Source: a bacterium (GTDB lineage Bacteria > Hinthialibacterota > Hinthialibacteria > Hinthialibacterales > Hinthialibacteraceae). From it: a stretch of 64,000 nt of DNA. The notes beneath the pieces were generated by a model, which saw only the letters and a program-made list of their open reading frames with translations, searched no databases and was not told the origin of the DNA. The stretch covers positions 1 through 64,000 of the forward strand of contig CAXXSM010000122.1 in the NCBI GenBank assembly GCA_963663405.2, in the 5' to 3' direction. The first letter of the stretch is position 1; each line of letters starts with the position of its first letter. A program made the translations under genes and the position numbers. Positions 30,715-39,777 of this stretch are shown piece by piece.

Positions 30715-30752
30715 AATCCCGCCGCATATCCAGATGAATCCGCGGCGGGATT
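30715..30752. terminator. GC-rich hairpin downstream of the 30765-31540 gene
   Basis: AATCCCGCCGC...GCGGCGGGATT. Confidence 0.45.
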
Positions 30753-30764
30753 ATTGGTTGGAGT

Positions 30765-31540
30765 TTAATGCAATTCCCAATTATTGATGGAGGTCGGACC
30801 CAGCGATGATGAGGTTGTCCAGGGATACAGCTGGTTTCCGCTTGTCCATCAACCCATATTGCGAGGCAATTCACACCGTTTGTTTCCTCGCTGGGAATTC
30901 GCCGGAAGCCATATCCTTCTGCGAGTGTAACTTCCGCTTCTCCATCTTTAGCAGCGTAGACATCCAACGTGAGATCAACGATATGAACGACCATTCGCAT
31001 GTGAATGAGAGCGCCGTCCGTATAGTTCAATTCAACAAGTGAAGCGTAAGTTCCACCACCTTCCCAATCGCCGTTGCGGACATCGATGATGGGATTGGCT
31101 TCTTGCATACGGCACATCGCGCCTTGTTCGTTCCAGGTGAGATCGGGATTGCCGTCCAGGTTGAAATTGACCGAGTCGCTAATATTTACACCGACATCGA
31201 TATTGCTGTCTGCTGGACCGACGTACTGCCAATCCCATGTGACATAGAGATCGCCTTCCATTTGGGTCGGAAAATGGAAGTAAGCCCAAACGTCGGTGTC
31301 TGGAACTTGAGTCAAAAGAAGGGCTTCGTCAGCGATGGCAATCATATCGCCAGCCGGTACAGCCGCCACTCCCTCAAGCCACGTATACTCTCCCCCCGCC
31401 GGTTGTGCTACGACGGGACCATCGACATAGCCTTGGGCCGCTGAAAAATCGTAATCAGCGATCAGCTGGGCCTGGAGGCTCCCAACTGGGACTAACGCCA
31501 AGACTCCGAGCAATAAAATAATTCGGCACTCTGTTTTCAT
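30765..31540 (-). CDS. Paralog of 29710-30477; two single-base insertions near the 3' end
   Basis: Collinear sequence; removing an extra C and an extra G gives ...TSCILDNLIIAGPTSINNWELH*. Confidence 0.75.
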
Positions 31541-31781
31541 TTCTTTACCTCGCTTTTTAAAAAATTTTAAATCAAATCCAAACCTATTCTAAGCAAAAAA
31601 AAAAAACTATTGTAAAGTATTGTGAACAATTTTTTTGAGTTCATTTAGCCGATAAGAAAAATACGGGTTGGAAATCCGGGTCTTCACAAAGTATAAAAGA
31701 AATGCTATATAACAATTAAGCCAGTCGCGATCCGTTCACTTCACGGGCGGGGGTAATATCCAGAATGTCATACAAGGATGA

Positions 31782-33462
31782 ATGAGGGCGCCGTCGAATT
31801 CTAAACCTTCTATTCCCATCGTCATAAATCTCAAAAAAAATCAGCGGGATTTGCAACGGAAAATCCTTGTTCGACTCTTGTTGACATACTGGGCGCCCCT
31901 TATTCTTGTGACGGTTTATTTTTATTTTCAATACAACACGTTTTTTTCCCACAATCATCGTCTTCGCATGTTGTCAATTGCTGAACATCAAGCGAATCTA
32001 CTGAATTTGTTTCTGCGCGAGCGAGTCACCAAGCTGATCAATACGTTCGAGAATCCTCAATTTCACTTACCGCCAACGTCCGAAGAGTTGCAAGGTTATC
32101 TGAATGAGTTGAAAAAAAACAGTGACACATATGAAGACATCGGTTTTTTGACGCTTCTGGAATCCAGATTCAATACGCGGGACAGTATCCTTTTTTGGAG
32201 ACTCGTGATTATAGCGGAGAAGCGTGGTATCGAACGTTACAAGAGAGTGAAACGAGTTATATCATCACCGATGATTATCTAGGGTTCCGCAAAAAACCTC
32301 ATTTTACAATCGCCGTTAAACGCGTATTCAATGGGCGGTATTACGTTTTACGGGCGGCGCTGGATCCCATTAAAATCTATGAAAATATACTTTCCTCCAG
32401 CGAAGTGGAGGAAGCGGATCTTTCCATCGTCAATTCCGATGGCTATTACCAGATTGTCACGCCTCATCGTGGAACGCTGCTGGAAGAATCTTCCATCATC
32501 CCACCACGCGAGCCCCAAACAGCGATCGGCCGGTTGCGGATCAATGGAAAGAACCTGTTTTATGCGTATTCTTGGCTGCGGGAAGCCGATTGGTCGCTCA
32601 TCGTTCAATGGAATGATAAGATCAATCCATTTTTTATCCGCGACATTATCAAGATATTCGCGTTGTCGGCTCTCGTGATTACTGTCATCTTTTTTATCAT
32701 TTTTAAACGGGCAAAGAAGGTCGCGATTTTCCAGTTGGAACGCGAACAAGCGCAGGCGCAGCTGATCCCACGCGTCGAAATTGGCTTCTGTGGGGGAACT
32801 GGCGGCGGGAATCGCCCATGAGATCAACAATCCTCTGGCCACAATCTGCGAAGAAGCGGGATTGATGAAAGATCTATTGAATCCGGAGTTTGAAGAGAAG
32901 GAAACGCCGGAAGAGTTGGTCACGCATTTGGATCTGATTCAGCAAGCGGGTTACCGATGCCGGGATATCACCCATAAGCTGCTCGAGTTCGTTCGAAAAA
33001 CGGATGTGAAGCTTGATTATTATGATATCCATTTATTGATCGATGAGGTGGTGGAGGGATTGATGGGGAGGGAGATCGCCTTGTCCAACATCACGGTCGA
33101 AAAGAACTATGCGGACGAGACGCCGTCAATCAAAACCGATAAGGGGCAATTGCAGCAAGTATTGATCAATCTTTTGAAGAACGCAAAGGACTCGATGCAA
33201 GGAGAAGGATTGATTCAGATTCTCACTTCTTTGCAAGACAATCAATTCCATATTGTGATATCCGACCAGGGGAGTGGGATTCCAGCAGAGCAGATTGAAA
33301 ATATATTTCTTCCATTTTATACCTCAAAAGAGGTGGGGAAAGGGACGGGATTGGGGCTCTCGGTCAGTTATGAAATCATTAAAAATCTTGGTGGAAAAAT
33401 CTTGGTGGGAAAGCACAGTAGGAAAAGGCAGTTCTTTTACAATTGTTCTCCCGGTTGAGTAG
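31782..33462 (+). CDS. Membrane sensor histidine kinase (Cache-like sensor, NtrB-type core); split by about 3 frameshifts
   Basis: Two TM segments; H-box ELAAGIAHEINNPL, N-box QVLINLLKNA, DQGSGI and GKGTGLGL across ORFs 31782/32195/32781/33274. Confidence 0.85.
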
Positions 33463-33570
33463 CCTTTATAGCTCATCCGGCTAGTGAGTACTTTTTATTA
33501 GCGATCTCGATCGACGGCGATCACAGAGAATCAGAGGGATACCAGTTATTGCGCTATTCAAAAGTGGTTT

Positions 33571-33638
33571 GGAATAAGGCAAAGGCAGATGAAAGTAAAG
33601 GCTCCGGCGCCTGCGCCGGTACTTGCCTTTGTTACCCC
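33571..33638 (+). repeat. Long-form copy of the GGCAG...CTTGCC stem-loop repeat
   Basis: GAAAGTAAAGGCTCCGGCGC-CT-GCGCCGGTACTTG shared with the reverse complement of 10102-10168. Confidence 0.7.
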
Positions 33639-33718
33639 TCTCGTCAAAAATACGAATTGTCTTTTAAGTAACGTACTCACTTACCGGATGAGCCGCTTAT
33701 ATCGTAGCCAGGAGAAGA

Positions 33719-34275
33719 ATGGAGTTGGATATGGACAAAAAGAAAGTTAAGGATCTGATGTTGTCTTTGGATGAATACCCTGTGGTTTCCATGGACGCCA
33801 CTTTGTTGGACGCGGTGAACGCGTTGAAAAAAGCGCAGGAGAATCTTTCTCCAGGACAGCCGCCGCACCGGGCGGTTCTTGTCATCGATCCGCATTCAAA
33901 GATTGTCGGGAAGATCGGGCAACTCGCTTTTTTGAAAGGATTGGAACCGGACTTCGAATGGCAGAACGATCTGCAGCGGTTGGCCGATGCGGGAGTCAGT
34001 GATCGTGAGATTGATACGCTGATGCAGAATATACGCTTCTGGCAGGATAATTTTACGGAGATCTGTCATCGCGCGATCCACCGGAAAGTCAAAGATGTGA
34101 TGCTTCCGTTCAAGAAAGCATCGAGGAAGACGCATCCCTATTGGAAGCGATTCACAAGATTGTCCAGCTGCAGACATTATCTCTTCTCGTTACTCGAAAA
34201 TCGGAAGTAATTGGTATTCTCCGGCTGTCCGATTTATATGCTGAATTTGCCTCGTGCATTCAATCCAATCAGTAA
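33719..34275 (+). CDS. CBS-domain protein; frameshift near 34110
   Basis: KVKDLM...YPVV...ATLLDAV, VLVID...IVG and KVKDVM; continues ...VIGILRLSDLY in another frame. Confidence 0.75.
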
Positions 34276-34293
34276 GCAAGAATGGAAATGACT

Positions 34294-36328
34294 ATGCCAA
34301 AAGTTCTTATTGTTGATGATGAGAATCAATTTCGAATTTCACTTTTCCAAACGTCTCGCCATGCGCGGGTATGAGAATCTCGCGTTTGATAACGGTTTAG
34401 ACGCTGTGAAGGCGATCCGCAGCGATCCGGATATCGATGTCGTGATTCTGGACCGGAAAATGCCTGTGATCAGTGGGAAGCAGACTCTGAAGGAGATCAA
34501 GCAATTCCGTCCCGAAATTCAGGTCATCATGTTGACGGCTTTTGGGGACACGGCGTCGGCGATGGAAGCGGGAAAGCTCGACGCGTTTTCTTATCTGCAA
34601 AAACCGTGTGAATTGGACACATTGATCGAAACGATCGATTCCGCCCGACAAGAAAAAATATACGCGATGTCACGGTATGAGATCCCGCATGACGCGAAAG
34701 GGTCAATGATGAAGTGGCTGATTGGGTCTCATAACTCGCGGCCTGGGCTGATTATCCTCGCGTTTCTCTTCTTCATAGGGATTCTTATCTGCCCATGCCG
34801 GAGTTGGCTCATTTGCTGTCTTCGCCAAAAACAGGCCAGTTGACGGATGTGAACTTGGGGTACGCGGGATACGTCAAGATGAAAAGTGGGGAGAGTATTT
34901 CAGAGTATTACAGCCAGACCAATAAACTCTCTTATGAAGCCGTGGATGAAAGCGGCAAGAAAACCACGTTCCCCCTCAGCCATCAGTCCGTTGTGTTCCG
35001 TGCGAAAGTGATGTTGGGGATTTTGGTGATCTCGGCGTTTTTTTGGCTTCCGGCGCGTTACCGGTTGGGATTACCGCGTTGCTTGTTGGCGTGCTGATGT
35101 ATTTTTTCGGTGTGTTGAAACCGGATGATGTTGCGCGAGCGTACGCGAAAGACGCGGTGATTTTTATATTCGGCGTTCTGGCGGTGTCCACAGCGATTAG
35201 TAAAAACCGGTCTGGACCGTCGAATCGGTTTACTATTAATGGGGCATTCAACCACGTTGCCGCGGTTTTTATTTCTGTTTCTGCCTTTGTTGGCCGTCGC
35301 GTGTTCGTTTGTTTCCGAACACGCTTTAATCGCTTTTCTGATGCCTTTAATCATTATCATTTATACAACATCGATTCGTGAGAATGGCTTACAAAAGGAT
35401 CGCTATCTCGCTGTGATGTTAGTTCTTTCGCTTTTGTTTCGCGGCTAATATCGGAGGGCCGGGGTCACCCGCCGCCGGGGGGCGAAACGCGGTCATGATG
35501 GGGAATCCTAACGGATTACGGCATGAGTCCCACTTTCGGGGAATGGGTGAAATACGGTTTGCCTTTCGTGCCGGTCATGGCGATCGTTATAGCGCTTTAC
35601 TTTTTTTATCGTCTTTCGAAAAAAGATCCAAGTGCAGAATTTGAATATCTCATCGGTCGTTAAGCAGGCGTCGGAAAAAATCGGTCCGATGAATCAAAAG
35701 GAATACATCTCGGCCATTTTGTTAGCCATTTTGGTTCTTTCTGTGGATCACATGCAGCGACCGGTACGGGATGGGAGGGCCGGTTATATTATGCCTGGTT
35801 CTGTTTAACCTGTTCCGGATTCTGAGTTGGCGTGACATCGCCCGTGTGCAATGGGAAGTGGTCGCGTTGTATGCGAGCGCCTGCGCGCTTGGGAAGGGAC
35901 TGGCGGTAACGGGCGCGGCGTTGTATATGGCGAATACATTCGTCAACGCATTACCTGAATTCATGAGAAACGGCGAGGGGCTCGCAATTGCGACAAGCCT
36001 CTTTACCGGGATTATCACCAATTTTATGAGCGACGGCGCCACGGTCTCCGCTATCGGGCCGATTACGGTTCCAATGGCCACGATTGCCGGGGCGCATCCC
36101 TGGATGATCGGTTTCGCCACGGCGTTTTCTTCCTCGTTCGCTCATATGTTGATTATCGGCACACCGAACAATGCGATCGCGTACGCGATGTCCAGGGATC
36201 CCGTTACCGGAGAACATCTGGTGACCTTGACCGATTTTCTCAAGCATGGAGCGGCCGTTCTGGTCCTATCCTTTTTGGTCTTGTGGGGTTGGACCTTCTT
36301 TGGGTATTGGCGATGGATAGGATTTTAA
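34294..36328 (+). CDS. Response-regulator receiver domain fused to an SLC13/DASS-family anion permease; multiple frameshifts
   Basis: KVLIVDDE, VILDRKMP, IMLTAFG and YLQKP receiver motifs run in frame into a TM segment; then SEHA, GG.GSPAAGGRN, TNFMSDGAT and GTPNNAIAY DASS motifs. Confidence 0.75.
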
Positions 36329-36519
36329 CAGCGCTTTACGTAGAGAAAACCTGATTCATAGAAACGCATTGATTCGAAAACGCCCTATAGATGATTGAGC
36401 CGAAAAAGAGAATAATAAAAAAGAGAGAAATGTGGTTTAATCGTCTCCCAGCGCTCGCGGCCGGTGGGAGGCGAATTATCTTCCCGCGACAATACCTTTT
36501 TATCTAAGGATTCTTTATC

Positions 36520-37002
36520 ATGTCCGAAAAAATTAATCTTCTTATTGTGGATGATGAGACTCAATTTCTCAATTCGATAAGCCGCCGTTTGGAGATGCGT
36601 GGATTTAATGTCATGAAGGCGGAAAACGGCCGACAAGCGATAGAAGCCGCCAAGAGTCAACGTTTTGATATTGCCATCCTGGATTTAAAAATGCCGGAAA
36701 TGGATGGGAAAGAAACGTTGGATTTACTCAAGCAAGAAGACAAGCATATCGAAGTAATCATTTTAACGGGATATGGATCGATCGATTCCGCGATTGAGTG
36801 TACGAAATTGGGCGCTTTCCGCTATCTCCCCAAACCGTATGAATTGGAAAAACTGATTGAGCTCTTGCAGCAGGCCTTTCAGGAAAAAATGAAGAAACAA
36901 TATGCGGAAGATGAGGAACGGATGAAGAAAATCCAGGAAATTTCTCTTGGAAACAGTCCTCTAGGCATCTTGCAAGCGTTGAAGGAATTGGATCGCTCTT
37001 AA
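36520..37002 (+). CDS. Single-domain response regulator
   Basis: LLIVDDE, ILDLKMP, ILTGYG and YLPKP motifs. Confidence 0.9.
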   Translation: MSEKINLLIVDDETQFLNSISRRLEMRGFNVMKAENGRQAIEAAKSQRFDIAILDLKMPEMDGKETLDLLKQEDKHIEVIILTGYGSIDSAIECTKLGAFRYLPKPYELEKLIELLQQAFQEKMKKQYAEDEERMKKIQEISLGNSPLGILQALKELDRS

Positions 37003-37034
37003 TCAATACTCTTCTCTTTTTATTCCCTCTGCTT

Positions 37035-38603
37035 TTAGGACGTGGAGAATCGGAATTGTGTCCAATCGATTCCGAGTTTTCGCATTCGCGCGCGAAGGGT
37101 GTGGTGGTTGATTTGAAGAAGCGCGGCGGCTCCGTGGGGGCCTTCAACGCGTCCCTTGGTGAAGGTGAGCGCCTTTTTGATGTGAATCCGCATCGCTTCA
37201 TCCAAAGGGAGGATGGGGGGCGCGGCAGTTTGGGGATCTTGCGTGTTTGATCCTTGTGATAAGGTTTTTATAGGAGAAGGAAGAACACCCAACGCTTTGG
37301 CGACTTCCAATTTGTTTCCGTTTCCGAGAAGCGCCGCGCGGTCCATGATTGAACCAAACTCTCTGATGTTACCCGGCCAGGAATAGGAGCGCAGTAGATT
37401 TGTATCTTCCTCGGAGGGGAGAATGATGGGCAGGCCGAATCGGATCGCCGACCGTTCCGCGAAGTATTTGGCTAAGAGAGGAATGTCATCAAGCCGGTCA
37501 CGCAGGGGGGGGAGAAGAATGGGGAAAACCGCGATGCGATACCAGAGATCATCGCGGAACCGACTATCCTGGACCATAGCGGCTAAGTCGCAGTGTGTCG
37601 CGGCGATGACCCGCACATCGACTTTGATGGGATGATGACCGCCGACCCGCTCCAACCAACCATCTTGAAGCACATGTAATAATCGCACCTGCGCGTTTTG
37701 AGGAAGTTCTCCAATCTCGTCAAGAAAAATTGTTCCTTTATCCGCTCGTTCAAACCATCCTTTATAGGTTTCAATCGCGCCGGTGAACGCTCCCCGTTCA
37801 TGTCCGAATAGTTGGGAATCGATCAATTCGGGTGGAATCGCGCCGCAGTTCACACGCAGGATGGGGCCTTGGGCTCGATTGGATCGTTTGTGGATGGTGC
37901 GCGCGATTAGTTCCTTGCCGGCGCCGGTCTCGCCTAGAATCAGGACAGGCGCGTTGGATGGAGCGACTTGATTGACCCGCTCCATGACTGTCCGCAGGCT
38001 GGAAGCCGAACCTACAATCGTATCATCAATATCCCGGCGGCCCAGGCGATTGAGCAGACTTTGCTTATCCGCTTCCGCCGCTTCCCGGAGCGCGGTGAGT
38101 TCGCGAAACCTGTGGTCATTATCCAGCGCAAACGAGAACGGTTCGAGAAGGATCGTCAGCATTTTCACATGACGGGCCTGAAACGTATTGCCTGGCGCGG
38201 CGATGAACAGAAGAACGCCGAGAATACCACTTGGGCTTTTCAACGGACCGGCGATCCAATCGGACGCTTCGCTGTATTGCCGGAGGAAGCGCAATTGACC
38301 CTGTTGGGAGGACGGTTCGGATCGGCGGATCACTTCGCCTTTCTTATGCCAAGTCATTATACGTTTCATTTGGGAGGTGGAGCATTCAATCTCTGTTTCG
38401 GTTGAAGGGACGTTTTCATCAAGGCATGCGAACGCCACTGTTTGGAGGCTGGTTTGATTGGAATTGATTTGCTGGACAATGATTTGACCGATGGGCAAGT
38501 GGGGAGTCAACCTGTCCACGATGGTTTGAGTCGAGTCATCGATTTCAAGGCGGTGGCAGGTTTCACGCCAGACATCAAGCAAGATATTATTGAATTTATC
38601 CAT
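37035..38603 (-). CDS. Sigma54-dependent enhancer-binding protein (GAF-like + AAA+ + Fis-HTH; FhlA/NifA-like)
   Basis: GETGAGKE, GAFTGA, FLDEIGE, WPGNIRE and GAAALLQI..TLRARMRKLGI motifs. Confidence 0.92.
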   Translation of the reverse strand: MDKFNNILLDVWRETCHRLEIDDSTQTIVDRLTPHLPIGQIIVQQINSNQTSLQTVAFACLDENVPSTETEIECSTSQMKRIMTWHKKGEVIRRSEPSSQQGQLRFLRQYSEASDWIAGPLKSPSGILGVLLFIAAPGNTFQARHVKMLTILLEPFSFALDNDHRFRELTALREAAEADKQSLLNRLGRRDIDDTIVGSASSLRTVMERVNQVAPSNAPVLILGETGAGKELIARTIHKRSNRAQGPILRVNCGAIPPELIDSQLFGHERGAFTGAIETYKGWFERADKGTIFLDEIGELPQNAQVRLLHVLQDGWLERVGGHHPIKVDVRVIAATHCDLAAMVQDSRFRDDLWYRIAVFPILLPPLRDRLDDIPLLAKYFAERSAIRFGLPIILPSEEDTNLLRSYSWPGNIREFGSIMDRAALLGNGNKLEVAKALGVLPSPIKTLSQGSNTQDPQTAAPPILPLDEAMRIHIKKALTFTKGRVEGPHGAAALLQINHHTLRARMRKLGIDWTQFRFSTS

Positions 38604-38741
38604 AATTTAATCCCGTTAAATTTAATATATATTCTATATTATTTAATAGATTAAGCAAGTATATATTCTTGTTTTTTCTCTTTTCCCCTATCTTCTTTTC
38701 TCAGGATTTGTTTTTCGCAGAGATTTTTGCATTTTCTATTT

Positions 38742-38757
38742 TGGCGCGAGGATTGCT
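38742..38757 (+). promoter_or_regulatory. Sigma54 (-24/-12) promoter upstream of cysC
   Basis: TGGCGCGAGGATTGCT is GG-N10-GC, 40 bp before the ATG and divergent from the activator gene. Confidence 0.75.
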
Positions 38758-38797
38758 TAGAGGTTCTGTATCCACGAGTAAAGGAAAGGTGAATAGT

Positions 38798-39409
38798 ATG
38801 GACAAAAAAGCTAGCGGTATATTAGAAGAGAGCGCGGTGGATCATCATCCTGGAAGGAAGGCGCCTTTAGCGCCAGCGGGGCAGAAGGGATTTACATTGT
38901 GGTTTACCGGTCTTCCCTGTTCGGGGAAGACTACGATTTGCGAGCACCTCGCGCCGTTATTAAGAAAACGGAATATCAAATTTGAGGCTCTCGATGGCGA
39001 TGTCGTCCGAACCAATTTGTCGAAGGGGTTGGGATTTTCTCAGGAGGATCGGGATATCAATATCCGGCGTATTGGATTTGTGTGCAATCTTCTCACACGG
39101 AATGGAATTATGGCCATCGGCGCGGCGATCAGTCCCTATCGTTCGATCCGGCAGGAGAATCGGGATCTGATTCAGCATTTTGTGGAAGTGTATGTGAAAT
39201 GCCCTGTGGAAGAATGTGAACGGCGGGATGTAAAAGGGATGTATGCGAAAGCGCGCGCCGGATTGATTACACAATTCACCGGTGTGGACGATCCATATGA
39301 ACCGCCTGAGCATCCGGAAATAATTTGCGACACGATGAAAGAGACTCCTGGTGAAAGCGCCAATCATATCATCGACCGGTTGATTGAATTGGAATATCTC
39401 ACTGCATAA
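38798..39409 (+). CDS. cysC: Adenylyl-sulfate (APS) kinase
   Basis: WFTGLPCSGKTT, LDGD..R..L...LGFS..DR..NIRR, ISPY, RDVKG.Y and FTGVDDPYEPP motifs. Confidence 0.93.
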   Translation: MDKKASGILEESAVDHHPGRKAPLAPAGQKGFTLWFTGLPCSGKTTICEHLAPLLRKRNIKFEALDGDVVRTNLSKGLGFSQEDRDINIRRIGFVCNLLTRNGIMAIGAAISPYRSIRQENRDLIQHFVEVYVKCPVEECERRDVKGMYAKARAGLITQFTGVDDPYEPPEHPEIICDTMKETPGESANHIIDRLIELEYLTA

Positions 39410-39777
39410 AAAGCCAGTGAAATTCCATCATTATTAATACGCCTCCCCTCCCCCATTCCCTCTCCTCATGCTGGGGGAGGGGAATTCATTATTAATCCAT
39501 TATTTGATGATTATCCCTCACATTTCATAAGGTTTATCTATTCCGTTTGTAGTAAAGACACTGAACTATCAATCAATAATCCGAAATGAATTGTCTTGAA
39601 AAAGATAACTTGACAGGATTCGTGTGGGCATGTTACATTCGGGCTGGCATCATAAAGATGGGTAGGAGTTCTCTCTTTGTGTGAATGTTGTTATAAATGG
39701 AAAAGAGAAACTTATATCAATGATCATGAGGTCAATGCGCTGCTGAGAAAAGAATATGCGGAGGGCTGTGTATTATC

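Noticed and set aside
33571-33638. c-di-GMP-I or glutamine riboswitch
   Set aside because: Superficial GGCAAA/GAAAGTAA similarity only; the required stems and conserved positions could not be laid out
31782-36328. Programmed frameshifting or phase variation in the kinase/DASS genes
   Set aside because: Too many shifts, in unrelated genes and at short runs; sequencing error is more parsimonious
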